Part shown: piece by piece, positions 46,752 through 55,904 of the stretch
How the letters are laid out: the number at the start of each line of letters is the position of its first letter
Numbering within the stretch: position 1 is the stretch's first letter
Virus record (IMG/VR): IMGVR_UViG_3300005440_000007
DNA from: an uncultured virus (IMG/VR IMGVR_UViG_3300005440_000007)
Lineage: Duplodnaviria; Heunggongvirae; Uroviricota; Caudoviricetes
DNA length: 64,000 nt
Strand: one strand, 5' to 3'
Notes under the pieces: generated by a model
The model's input: the letters and a program-made list of their open reading frames with translations, nothing else
What the model was told of the DNA's origin: nothing
Databases searched by the model: none
Translations under genes and position numbers: made by a program

Positions 46752-46970
46752 ATGGAAGCGACCAAAAGCGAACTGCACGAGGTCACGAAGATCGGCATCT
46801 TCGAAGTCCAGGTCTGTTCGCTTGCCAGCGAGGACGATGCTCTCGCCTGGGTCCAGAGCGCGTGTCCTTCCGGTACGACCGGAAACTGGAAGAAATCGGA
46901 GAAGCCCGAATACAGGCCGGTCGACTGCGCCAACGGCGGCGGACGCACGCACTACGTGTTCGAGGCCTGA
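46752..46970 (+). CDS. Hypothetical protein
   Basis: AGGAGG RBS. Confidence 0.75.
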   Translation: MEATKSELHEVTKIGIFEVQVCSLASEDDALAWVQSACPSGTTGNWKKSEKPEYRPVDCANGGGRTHYVFEA

Positions 46971-46977
46971 GGTCGTC

Positions 46978-47322
46978 ATGGTGAAATGCGGCCTTTGCGG
47001 TCACAACAAGAACCACGACTTCCCGGACGGATGCCCGGCCTCGGTCTGGCCCAAGAAAGGGAGCTCGACTCGGTGCGGCTGCAAGACGTACACCATGCCG
47101 CCCCTCCGGAAGGTTCTTGGGTTGATCGGCGTCCCGGTCGAGGACCGTCCCGGCGCGGCGGTGATCTCCAAGGAGCTCTACGAGTGCGGTCACGCCTTCT
47201 CGGAGAAGAGCGACATCTACGGGACGACCAACGCTTTCCGGCGGCGATGCTTGGCCTGTGCCAAAGGGAGGCCGCCGGATCCGAAGCTACTTGAGCGGGC
47301 CAAGAACTGGCCCAAGAAGTGA
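46978..47322 (+). CDS. Cys-rich hypothetical protein
   Basis: GAGG RBS. Confidence 0.7.
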   Translation: MVKCGLCGHNKNHDFPDGCPASVWPKKGSSTRCGCKTYTMPPLRKVLGLIGVPVEDRPGAAVISKELYECGHAFSEKSDIYGTTNAFRRRCLACAKGRPPDPKLLERAKNWPKK

Positions 47323-47332
47323 GGAGCGAAAG

Positions 47333-47548
47333 ATGTTCTACTGCGATGCCTGTGCCAAGAAGAACCGGTGGCCCATCGGCCTGGTCCGGTCCTCCGGCGC
47401 CTGTGAGGTCTGCGGCAAGAAGAGGGAATGCAGCGACGTCTCCTCCTCCAAGCTTCCGGATCCGGCGCCGAAGCTCCACAACGATCTCGAAAGCCAGGCT
47501 CCGCCCTGGCAGGACAATCCGGATTTCGAGAGGTTCCATCGGGACTGA
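47333..47548 (+). CDS. Zn-finger hypothetical protein
   Basis: MFYCDAC..W..S.G.CEVC. Confidence 0.75.
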   Translation: MFYCDACAKKNRWPIGLVRSSGACEVCGKKRECSDVSSSKLPDPAPKLHNDLESQAPPWQDNPDFERFHRD

Positions 47549-47551
47549 GCC

Positions 47552-47761
47552 GTGGTCTGTTTCAGGTGCAAGAGACGCGTCGATCCGATCCTGACTTACG
47601 CCCGGCCGCACGGGAAGTATTCGAAGTGCGAGGATTGCCGGCGGATCGCCGCGAAGAAGAGACACGATAAGAGGAAAACCGCTTTGGAGGCGCTTGGATT
47701 ATGGATCGTCTCACGAAACTGCTCTTCGCGGCAATTGGCTTTGCAGTCGTCCAAACCGTGA
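47552..47761 (+). CDS. Zn-finger hypothetical protein
   Basis: CFRC..CEDC. Confidence 0.55.
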   Translation: MVCFRCKRRVDPILTYARPHGKYSKCEDCRRIAAKKRHDKRKTALEALGLWIVSRNCSSRQLALQSSKP

Positions 47762-47862
47762 CCACCGTCGCGTTCTTTCAGAATGCGATCGGCGCGGCTT
47801 CGATGATCTTCTGCTGGGCAGTGGTCGTCGTCGTGGCCAGACGCAGAAAGGCGATCCGCTAA
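47758..47862 (+). CDS. 34-aa membrane peptide
   Basis: GTGA overlap; TM plus basic tail. Confidence 0.5.
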   Translation: MTTVAFFQNAIGAASMIFCWAVVVVVARRRKAIR

Positions 47863-47865
47863 CGC

Positions 47866-47893
47866 TTGACAGCCCGCGTATACGCGGTATACT
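47866..47893 (+). promoter_or_regulatory. Sigma70 promoter with extended operator CCGCGTATACGCGG
   Basis: TTGACA-16-TATACT. Confidence 0.85.
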
Positions 47894-47900
47894 CACAGCC

Positions 47901-48182
47901 ATGGAATACAGAATCTGCCGTCTCTGCGAGGAGTCCGATGACACCAAGCGCCTCATCCAATACGCGGTTCGCTCCTACGCCCACTGGGGTTGCTTCCTGA
48001 AGCGCAAGTCCCTCGAGGACGGCCTGGCCTGGATCCGGGGACTTCACCCCCATGAGATTCGGCGCGCGCCGGTCCTGATCGTCCAGGAATGGCTGGACGC
48101 CCGCGGCTGGGAAGGGGATCGGTCCATGGAGCTCCTGCTCCAGGCCGTGAAGGATGCCGAGAAGCGGGAGGCGAGGCTGTGA
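47901..48182 (+). CDS. Hypothetical protein, probably leaderless
   Basis: ATG 7 nt after the -10 box. Confidence 0.75.
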   Translation: MEYRICRLCEESDDTKRLIQYAVRSYAHWGCFLKRKSLEDGLAWIRGLHPHEIRRAPVLIVQEWLDARGWEGDRSMELLLQAVKDAEKREARL

Positions 48183-48610
48183 GGCTTCTCGCCTACCACG
48201 CCACCACCACGGACCGAGCGGCCAGGATCCTGACCGAGGGGTTCCGTTTCGACGTAGAACACAAGAGCGACGCGGGGGACTTCGGGGAGGCGATCTATTT
48301 CACGACCTGCATGGCCCGAGCTCGGGCGATCGGGAGGGCGATCCTGGAGGTCCATCTCGAGCTGTCGAATCCCATCGAGCTCTCCCAGTCGGAAGCCTAC
48401 GCCCTGGTGATCGACAAGCTTGGGTTCGATACGATCCACGGCCACGGGGTCGCTGGCGCCAGCATCCTCGAGGCGAAGAAGGCGCGGACACACTTCCTGG
48501 CGCTCGGTCACGACGCTCTTGTTTCAAATCGAGGCCGCCGTGATCTCGAGATTGCCGTCTACGATCTCAAGGCGATCCTGCAGGTGGTGGTCCGGAAGGC
48601 GGCGGTATGA
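48179..48610 (+). CDS. ADP-ribosyltransferase (H-Y-E type)
   Basis: YHAT, FGEAIYFT, GHDAL, EIAVYD. Confidence 0.75.
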   Translation: MRLLAYHATTTDRAARILTEGFRFDVEHKSDAGDFGEAIYFTTCMARARAIGRAILEVHLELSNPIELSQSEAYALVIDKLGFDTIHGHGVAGASILEAKKARTHFLALGHDALVSNRGRRDLEIAVYDLKAILQVVVRKAAV

Positions 48611-48870
48611 GCTACGTCTACGACCTCCAGCGTCGGGTATGGACAGAACAGATTCGCCCTCTCGTTGTTGCGAAGCACGGTGAAATGTTCGCTTTCCACT
48701 TCGAAGCTTTGATGGAAGAAATGCACTCGGCGAACCACAACGTTCCTTCGAAGGATGGCGTCTTCAAGGGCGACGGAATCAACAAGGATCCTGGAGTCTG
48801 CCGGGCAGCGCGCGAGCTCGAGGAGTATGTCGAGGAGATGAGGAAAAAGAGTCCCGGAGGTTCGTCGTAG
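48607..48870 (+). CDS. Hypothetical protein
   Basis: ATGA overlap. Confidence 0.7.
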   Translation: MSYVYDLQRRVWTEQIRPLVVAKHGEMFAFHFEALMEEMHSANHNVPSKDGVFKGDGINKDPGVCRAARELEEYVEEMRKKSPGGSS

Positions 48871-49139
48871 TGCATGGGATCCGGTTCCCCTGGGAAGAGA
48901 TCACCCGCTGCTCGAGATGCCTAAGGCCGCTCTGAGTGATCAACAGTCTGCTCTTCGGCGGCGCCGGAGGATATGACGCGCTCAGACGGAGGGTGGAGTC
49001 GTTGGAGATGGACCTGGGAGAAACCTGTTCCGGTGGATGCGAGCACTGGGAAAAGACCAGAGATGGTCGCCAGCGGTTCGCAGAGCTCAAGCGCATCAAC
49101 CAGGAGCGAAAGAAGGCGGGACTCAGTCACGTTGCCTAG
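48870..49139 (+). CDS. Candidate selenoprotein (CxxCxRPL-U, in-frame TGA at 48933-48935)
   Basis: GGAGG RBS before GTG 48870; frame continues past TGA; SECIS-like hairpin. Confidence 0.5.
48946..48977 (+). promoter_or_regulatory. Bacterial SECIS-like hairpin
   Basis: TCTTCGGC-GGC-GCCGGAGG, loop at +25 from UGA. Confidence 0.5.
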
Positions 49140-49145
49140 AATACT

Positions 49146-50801
49146 ATGAAGCTTTTCTTTCCTCTCGAGACGCTCAAGGCGCTCGCCAAGGCCGGATGCA
49201 AATCGGAAGACCTCCGTGACGAGGAAGAGGTCTACCGCAGCATGGAGCTCGAGATCCGAGAGATCGTCCCTTCGGACTTTGCGATCATCCGGAAGGTTCT
49301 GAACAGGGAAGAGCACTATTCCCATATCGAGAACCGGCGGGTTCTGAAGAAGCTCCAGGCACTCGACGACCTGAGAGGATCTCCTGCCGACAAGAAAAGC
49401 ATCACGCTCAAGACCCTCGAACTCATCCCGGAAGCGATCCGGGAGATCATCGGAAACCTGCCCCATAAATGGGTCTTCAGGACCGATGAGATCTACGGCG
49501 CTATGATGCCCTACTTCGTGGAGGACGCGGAGTATCATCCGGCCGAGCGGACCTCCAACGGTTACACGCCGGCCAGGGTGTCGATCGAGGTCAAGGCAAT
49601 GTGCCGCGGAGAAGAGGTCGGTCGGACGATCACGCTTCATAAGAGCGATCTCAAGGGGACGCTGCTTGAGATTCTGGGTCGGCAGGAAACTGTTCCGGAG
49701 ACGCCTGAGCTGATCGCCGACTATGAGGCGGATCTCAAGTACTACAAGGAACACCATGCGAAGACTGGAGACCAGTACATTGCGGTAGGCCGTGGGAAGC
49801 CAAGCGACTCGAGCGTGTGGAGCAAGAAGTTCGTCAACCTGGAGCGCGACGGCCGCCCCACGAAAGTCGTGATGGATGATCTGGAAGATCTTGGGGAGGA
49901 ATCCGGCTACACCGAGACGGACTTCTGGTCTAAGGCCCGTGTCAGGAAGCGCGGCGGAGACGAAAACGAGCAGGCATTCCCTCTCCCGATCCATCCGGTT
50001 GTTTCGGTCTTCAGCCTGGAGTCGCACGAATACGTCGACGCCCACATCACGACGCTCAAGCCCTACGAATACGACACGTCGATCGTGGAGAAGATCGTGC
50101 TTCCCGAGGATCACAAGCGGCTGATCGGGACGCTGACGAAGAGCTCGGCCGACCGATTCGAGGATATCGTTCGGGGCAAGGCGGCGGGCGTCATCATCCT
50201 CTGCAGCGGGGTCCCTGGGACTGGGAAGACCTTGACAGCCGAAGTCTACAGCGAGGTCGTGAAGCGCCCGCTCTATGCCGTCCAGTGCGCCCAACTGGGG
50301 ACCGACGAGGAGGAACTCGAGAAGGAGCTTTCTGACGTTCTCTCCCGCGCGGCCAGGTGGAAGGCTCCGCTCCTGATCGACGAGGCCGACGTCTACATTC
50401 ACGAGCGCGGCGAGAACATCCGACAGAACGCGATCGTCGGCGTCTTCCTACGGCTCCTCGAGTACTTCCGGGGGATCATGTTCCTGAACACCAACAGGCC
50501 GACCGTCGTTGACGACGCAATTCTTTCGCGCGTCACGGCTCATGTCCGATACTCTCCTCCTGAGAAGAAGGAGGATGTCCGGAAGCTGTGGAAGCTGATG
50601 GCCACCCAGTTCGGCGCCGTCAACCTGGACATCGAAAGGGCGACCGAGGAGTTTCCGGGCATCAGCGGGCGCAGCGTTCGCCAGCTCGTCCGGCTCTCGG
50701 CAATGACGCATCCCCAGAAGGAAATTTCTGTTGAGACGCTCAAGTGGGCGGCTAAATTCTACGACTTTCCGGAACTTCCGGATCGAAAGGAGAAATCGTG
50801 A
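49146..50801 (+). CDS. AAA+ ATPase
   Basis: GVPGTGKT, LLIDEAD, LRLLEYF.G. Confidence 0.9.
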   Translation: MKLFFPLETLKALAKAGCKSEDLRDEEEVYRSMELEIREIVPSDFAIIRKVLNREEHYSHIENRRVLKKLQALDDLRGSPADKKSITLKTLELIPEAIREIIGNLPHKWVFRTDEIYGAMMPYFVEDAEYHPAERTSNGYTPARVSIEVKAMCRGEEVGRTITLHKSDLKGTLLEILGRQETVPETPELIADYEADLKYYKEHHAKTGDQYIAVGRGKPSDSSVWSKKFVNLERDGRPTKVVMDDLEDLGEESGYTETDFWSKARVRKRGGDENEQAFPLPIHPVVSVFSLESHEYVDAHITTLKPYEYDTSIVEKIVLPEDHKRLIGTLTKSSADRFEDIVRGKAAGVIILCSGVPGTGKTLTAEVYSEVVKRPLYAVQCAQLGTDEEELEKELSDVLSRAARWKAPLLIDEADVYIHERGENIRQNAIVGVFLRLLEYFRGIMFLNTNRPTVVDDAILSRVTAHVRYSPPEKKEDVRKLWKLMATQFGAVNLDIERATEEFPGISGRSVRQLVRLSAMTHPQKEISVETLKWAAKFYDFPELPDRKEKS

Positions 50802-51346
50802 GCGATCCCGTGACGATGGAGAAGTCCGAGCTCGAGGCGATGAAGAACGACATGAAGAAGGCCGTCGAGGTCAATGACGGTCTCAAGAAGGAATTGGAGG
50901 TCACGCGCCGGGAGCGCAACCAGGCCCGGGATGAGACCTTCCGCGCCCGAAGAGAGGCCGAGCGTCTCCAGAAGATCGGCCCGGAAAAGAAGACCCTGGA
51001 CGAGAACAAGGGCCTTCGTACTTCCGTCTCGGAGGCTCACAAGAAGATCGCCATGCTCGAGAAGGAGCTTGAGGCTTCCAAGATCGAATCCGAAGGACGT
51101 CGAAAGGAAGTTTCCCAGCTCCAGCAGAAGCTCAGCAACGTCCAGAACACCATGGACATGATGCAGAGCGCCAGGAACAAGGCCCAGGTCGACCGCGACA
51201 AGGCGCTCGTCGATCTCCAGTCTTCTGCTGACGCCTACGGAAAGCTTCGCGAAGAGTTCGAGGCCTTCAAGAAGGCTGTCGCCGATAAGGCGACCGAGGC
51301 GAAGGGCCCCAAGGCTCAGCAGAAGCCGGAGCCGGCGAAGGCCTAA
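50798..51346 (+). CDS. Coiled-coil protein
   Basis: AGGAG RBS. Confidence 0.75.
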   Translation: MSDPVTMEKSELEAMKNDMKKAVEVNDGLKKELEVTRRERNQARDETFRARREAERLQKIGPEKKTLDENKGLRTSVSEAHKKIAMLEKELEASKIESEGRRKEVSQLQQKLSNVQNTMDMMQSARNKAQVDRDKALVDLQSSADAYGKLREEFEAFKKAVADKATEAKGPKAQQKPEPAKA

Positions 51347-51705
51347 TGGGATGCAGGATCGGAAAGTGGACCCGTGACCGCTGCGGGTCCTGCCAGCGTT
51401 TCCGATCCCTATATCGGGGAGAGTGCGTTCCGTGCCGGCAGCCCGAGGACCGTCGAGAACTTGTGGATCACGGGGTTCCCCCTGGATCGGCAGACGCCCT
51501 GGCTCAGCTCCTGAAGCGTTGCGGCGACAGGAAAATGGATGCCGCTCAGGCTAGGACGGTTCTCGAGGCTGTCCATCCGATTCTGATGGAGAACGTCATC
51601 GTCTCCGAAGACGGAAAGCTTTCCCTGAAAAACAAGAAGCTGATCTGGATCCGGAGGGGGTGCTGGGAGCCCGGAGAGATTCGCGATCCCCCGCATACGA
51701 TTTAG
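51346..51705 (+). CDS. Zn-finger hypothetical protein
   Basis: TAATG coupling. Confidence 0.65.
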   Translation: MGCRIGKWTRDRCGSCQRFRSLYRGECVPCRQPEDRRELVDHGVPPGSADALAQLLKRCGDRKMDAAQARTVLEAVHPILMENVIVSEDGKLSLKNKKLIWIRRGCWEPGEIRDPPHTI

Positions 51706-51707
51706 GC

Positions 51708-51736
51708 TTGACGTCACAGCGTATACGGCGTATACT
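51708..51736 (+). promoter_or_regulatory. Sigma70 promoter with CGTATACG operator
   Basis: TTGACG-17-TATACT. Confidence 0.85.
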
Positions 51737-51779
51737 TCTGAGGTACGGAAGGATGGGCCTTCCGATAGGAGGGGTTACG

Positions 51780-52091
51780 ATGAGCGAGCAGATCTTCACC
51801 ATGCGCCTCAGGTCTGTGGGGAACCCGGACTGGGACCAGTACGCACCGATCTCGGAGCCCAAGAACGTCACCGGCTCCAGCCTCGCGGAGATGAGGAAAG
51901 CCTGCGAGGACTACATCGAGCAGTGGAACCTCGGCGGCGGCAACTGGGTGGACCCCGTCGTCAAGCAGGGCTCCAAGGTCATCGGTCACTTCTCGTACAA
52001 CGGCCGTCTCTGGGAAGGCCGTCCGGGCCGCTGGGACCTCAAGAAGAAGGAAATTCTGATCGACGCCGCCCCGGCGGGAGGCGTGCTGTGA
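51780..52091 (+). CDS. Phage hypothetical protein
   Basis: GNPD..Q, LGGGNW, SYNGR.W. Confidence 0.8.
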   Translation: MSEQIFTMRLRSVGNPDWDQYAPISEPKNVTGSSLAEMRKACEDYIEQWNLGGGNWVDPVVKQGSKVIGHFSYNGRLWEGRPGRWDLKKKEILIDAAPAGGVL

Positions 52092-53611
52092 CGACGACCG
52101 CCGACTGGTTCACCGTCGACAAGGAGGGGCTGGCCAAGCTCCTCGAGCGCAAGGGCAAGGAGTTTGTCCTCTACGAGCTCATCCAGAATTCCTGGGACAC
52201 AAACGCGAAGAGGGTCTTTGTCACCCTGGACGAGAGCACCGTTCGTGGCTACGCCCTTCTGGCCATCTCGGACGACAATCCGGATGGGTGGAAGAACTTG
52301 ACCCACGCCTGGACCCTCTTTGCCGAGAGCGACAAGAAAGCGGACGCTGAGAAGCGCGGCCGTTTCAACCTGGGCGAGAAGCTCGTCCTGTCACTTTGCA
52401 AGATGGCCGAGATCGAGACCACCACTGGCGGCGTGCGGTTCGATGAGACCGGCCGCCATGTGACCAGAAAGAAGCGGGCTGCTGGCTCCACGTTCAGCGC
52501 CGTCATCCGGATGACGCAGGGGGAGCGGATCTCCATGAAGGCGGCGATCATGAAGTTGATCCCGCCCTCTGGCGTGGCGACCTGCTTCAACGGCACCGAG
52601 ATCCCGTCCCGGACGCCTCTTCGCAAGATCGAGGCGACCCTCCCCACCGAGATCGCCGACGCGGAAGGGATCCTGAAGCGTTCTTCCCGGAAGACCCTCG
52701 TCGAGGTCTACGAGGCTCTTGAGGGAGAGACCCCGTCGGTCTACGAGATGGGAATCCCCGTTGTTGAAACCGGCGACAAGTGGCACTACAACGTCCTGCA
52801 GAAGGTCCCACTCAACGCTGACCGCGACAACGTGACGCCGGCCTATCTCCGCGAGCTCCGAACGCTGGTCCTGAACGAAATGTACAACGAGGTCACCAAG
52901 GAGGACGCTACCCGCTTCTGGGTCCGTGACGCATCCGAGGATGAGGACGTCTCCAGGGAAGCTGTCGAGCACGTCGTCACCCAGCGCTTCGGAGAAAAGC
53001 GCGTGATCTTCGATCCGAGCGACCAGGAAGGCACTAAGCTCGCGGTTTCGAAAGGCTACACGGTGATCGCCCCCGGATCGCTCTCGGGTGCCGAGTGGGC
53101 GAACGTGAAGCGTCACGCCGCGGCGCTCCCGGCCGGGCAGGTCACTCCGTCTCCCAGGCCCTACTCCCCCGACGGGCAGCAGATGGACGTCATTCCTCTC
53201 GAGCGGTACACGGAGGGGATGAAGCGCATCGCGCAGTACGCCAAGGAGATCGCCTTCCGCCTGATCGGCTGCGAGATCCAGGTGGACATGGTCAGCAAGG
53301 CGACATGGCCCTATTCGGCGACCTACGGCGGTCTGCCGCCCCATCTGACGTTCAACGTCGGGCGCCTGGGACGGCTCTGGTTCGAGTCGGGACCGAACGC
53401 CGCGGTCGACCGTCTTCTCATTCACGAACTCGGTCACCACTATTCGAGCGATCACCTGTCGGAGGAGTATCACGACGCGCTCTGCAAGTTGGGGGCGCGT
53501 CTGGCGCTCCTGGCGATTGCCGAGCCCGAGTTCTTCAAGCGGCACAAGCGCGTCCATGAGGATCTCGAGGCTATCGTGGGCTGGTCCAAGAAGCAGGGAG
53601 GTGGGCGATGA
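52088..53611 (+). CDS. GHKL ATPase fused to a HExxH zincin-like domain
   Basis: ELIQNSWD, DDNPDG, GRFNLGEK; HELGH. Confidence 0.75.
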   Translation: MTTTADWFTVDKEGLAKLLERKGKEFVLYELIQNSWDTNAKRVFVTLDESTVRGYALLAISDDNPDGWKNLTHAWTLFAESDKKADAEKRGRFNLGEKLVLSLCKMAEIETTTGGVRFDETGRHVTRKKRAAGSTFSAVIRMTQGERISMKAAIMKLIPPSGVATCFNGTEIPSRTPLRKIEATLPTEIADAEGILKRSSRKTLVEVYEALEGETPSVYEMGIPVVETGDKWHYNVLQKVPLNADRDNVTPAYLRELRTLVLNEMYNEVTKEDATRFWVRDASEDEDVSREAVEHVVTQRFGEKRVIFDPSDQEGTKLAVSKGYTVIAPGSLSGAEWANVKRHAAALPAGQVTPSPRPYSPDGQQMDVIPLERYTEGMKRIAQYAKEIAFRLIGCEIQVDMVSKATWPYSATYGGLPPHLTFNVGRLGRLWFESGPNAAVDRLLIHELGHHYSSDHLSEEYHDALCKLGARLALLAIAEPEFFKRHKRVHEDLEAIVGWSKKQGGGR

Positions 53612-54486
53612 ATACGACGGCGGAGAAGCGGTATGCGATCTACGGGATCAAGAAAAACCAGAAGGTCTATCTTTCCGACGAGGAGAACCTCGTGAAGGCC
53701 AAGGCCTGGGCCCGGGAAGTGGTCGGGGGTCTTGGCCGTCGCGTCAAAGGCGTGAGGTACATCCAGACCGAGGTCTGGGATCGCCAGGCCAACGGCGGCG
53801 ACGGCGGGCCCGTCTTCGGCGTCTGGATCGGGCCGCTCGGGAGCATCAAAACCACGGACGGCAGCACGTCGAAGGCGGCCGCTGAGGAGCCTGAGACGGT
53901 CGAGATCAAGGCGACCGGCACCTATGCCGATCGCGCGGCGGCGCTGGCAAAGGCTTTCGAGAAGACGCTCAACAAGGTTCTTGGGGCGAACTATCTCTAC
54001 GAGAAGCGTGGAGAAAACCCCAAGGATCCGGGCTTCAACTGGGACCTGAAGGACAAGGTCTCGATCCATATCAGCAGGTCCGGAGGCGCGGATCCCAAGA
54101 TCTGGGTCTACCGGGACGATCCGATCCACGAGCCGCCGAACAACAGCGACTGGAAGCACGAGTACTTCGAACGCGACTACGAGGACAAGCTCTATCACGT
54201 CGGGAGGATCGCCGTCTACGTGAAGGAGCAGATGGAGTACAACCGGAAGAAGCTCGCCGAGCACAACGCCAACGTGCAGAAGTTCAACGAGGACATGCAG
54301 GGGACGCTGATCCCGACCGGCGTCTCGGTCGAGCGCAATCCCAAGACGGGCTTCTACGAGCTCCACATGACCGCGACGATCCAGGAACTGAGTGGTGAGG
54401 AAGTGAAGTTCGTCGTCGCCAAGTGTCAGGATTTCAAGCAGGCCGTCGAGCCGTTCGAGAAAAAGAAGGGGAACGCCGATGCCTAA
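53608..54486 (+). CDS. Hypothetical protein
   Basis: GGAGG RBS; ATGA overlap. Confidence 0.75.
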   Translation: MNTTAEKRYAIYGIKKNQKVYLSDEENLVKAKAWAREVVGGLGRRVKGVRYIQTEVWDRQANGGDGGPVFGVWIGPLGSIKTTDGSTSKAAAEEPETVEIKATGTYADRAAALAKAFEKTLNKVLGANYLYEKRGENPKDPGFNWDLKDKVSIHISRSGGADPKIWVYRDDPIHEPPNNSDWKHEYFERDYEDKLYHVGRIAVYVKEQMEYNRKKLAEHNANVQKFNEDMQGTLIPTGVSVERNPKTGFYELHMTATIQELSGEEVKFVVAKCQDFKQAVEPFEKKKGNADA

Positions 54487-54640
54487 GGAGCCGAAGGAGT
54501 GCTCGGCCATCAAGCCTCCATGCAGATGTCCGGAGGGGAAAGGCGTCGAGCATATCCACACGCCCGCGGGGCTCATGAACTACCGGGCATCATCGTCACT
54601 GCCTTCCCGAGTCGGCGATACGGGGCGAAGAGTTCGATGA
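54479..54640 (+). CDS. 53-aa hypothetical protein
   Basis: Overlaps both neighbours. Confidence 0.45.
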   Translation: MPKEPKECSAIKPPCRCPEGKGVEHIHTPAGLMNYRASSSLPSRVGDTGRRVR

Positions 54641-55431
54641 TGCAGAATCAGCGTTGGGAAGAAGGCCGAGTCCGCTGGCGTCCGGCCGGAGAAGTGATCC
54701 GGACCTCCGATTACGAGGTCGGCGAGATCTCTCGCGCCGCGGCCGAGGGATTCGTGGCCCGGCATCACTACGCCAAGACCTCGCCGGCGGGACGCTTCTG
54801 GTACGGCCTTCACCGGCACGGACAGCTCGTCGGCGTCTCGATCTTCTCGCAGCCCTGCAACAACCGGACGATCACGAAGGTCTTCCCGTTCGACTTCCGG
54901 GAAGGGGTCGACTTGGGACGGCTCGTTCTCCTGGACGAGGTTCCGGGGAACGGGGAAAGCTGGTTCGTCAGCCAGTGCTTCTCCGGACTCCGCAAGAAAG
55001 ACATCCTGGGTGCGGTCGCGTTCTCGGATCCGGTGCGCCGCGTCGCCGCCGACGGACGCGTGATCCTGCCGGGTCACAAGGGGACCGTCTACCAGGCCCT
55101 CTCGGCGGTATACCTGGGCCGCGCGGACGGTCGCACGCTCCGGATCTTTCATGACGATGGAACGAGCTTCAACCATCGGACGGAGCAGAAGATCTCGGGC
55201 CTCGAGCAGGGGTACGACGGCGCGGTCGCGCAGCTGGTCGTTCATGGCGCCGAGAGGCCTGCCCGTGGCGAGGATCTTGATGCTTGGAGGCGGATCTGGA
55301 TCGGGCGTCTCACCTACCCGCTGAAGCATCGCGGGAATCACAAGTATGCCTTCTCGCTCAATCGCAAGATCCGGAAGCATCTTCCGGACTCGCTTCCCTA
55401 TCCGAAGACGATCGACGGAGAAGCTGCGTGA
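54637..55431 (+). CDS. mom: Mom-like adenine-modifying GNAT enzyme
   Basis: RHHY, LGRLVL.D.VPGNGESWF, FSDP, GH.GTVYQA. Confidence 0.8.
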   Translation: MMQNQRWEEGRVRWRPAGEVIRTSDYEVGEISRAAAEGFVARHHYAKTSPAGRFWYGLHRHGQLVGVSIFSQPCNNRTITKVFPFDFREGVDLGRLVLLDEVPGNGESWFVSQCFSGLRKKDILGAVAFSDPVRRVAADGRVILPGHKGTVYQALSAVYLGRADGRTLRIFHDDGTSFNHRTEQKISGLEQGYDGAVAQLVVHGAERPARGEDLDAWRRIWIGRLTYPLKHRGNHKYAFSLNRKIRKHLPDSLPYPKTIDGEAA

Positions 55432-55904
55432 TCAGGCCCGACAAGATCATCTCCGGGGGCCAGACCGGCGCTGACCAGGCTGGGCTTGATGCCGCCATCG
55501 CGCTTGGTATTCCGCACGGGGGATGGTGTCCGGTGGGGCGTCGTTCCGAAGATGGTCCGATCCCATCCAAGTATTCTCTCAAAGAGACCTTGAGCGAATA
55601 CTATAGGGACCGAACCACCAGGAACGTACAGGACTCGGACGGGACGATCGTCTTCATCGGTGGCTCAATTGACGCGGAACCGGGAAGCGCGCTGACTCTC
55701 AATCTCTGTAAGGCGAACGAAAGACCAAATCTTCTGATCAATCTGTCGATCGACTCGGTTGTGGATGCAGCGAAGCTCGTTCAGGCGTTCGTGCGGGACC
55801 ATAAAATCAAGATCCTGAACATTGCAGGGTCACGGGCTTCGATTTCGCCGGCGCTGGGGGTTAAGGTATTCGAGGTACTCAAGCTGGCGTTCTCGGAGGA
55901 ATGA
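55428..55904 (+). CDS. SLOG-family 'molybdenum carrier'-type protein
   Basis: KIISGGQTGAD, GGWCP.GR.SEDG, LNIAG.R.S. Confidence 0.85.
   Translation: MIRPDKIISGGQTGADQAGLDAAIALGIPHGGWCPVGRRSEDGPIPSKYSLKETLSEYYRDRTTRNVQDSDGTIVFIGGSIDAEPGSALTLNLCKANERPNLLINLSIDSVVDAAKLVQAFVRDHKIKILNIAGSRASISPALGVKVFEVLKLAFSEE

Noticed and set aside
47546..47580. Third possible UGA read-through joining 47333-47548 and 47552-47761 in frame
   Set aside because: The TGA is not at a Cys-like position, the hairpin is weak, and both ORFs are plausible alone; kept only as a weak candidate
40407..51736. CRISPR array or attC-like repeats
   Set aside because: The repeats are kb-spaced promoter/operator motifs with no spacer periodicity; no cas or integrase gene seen
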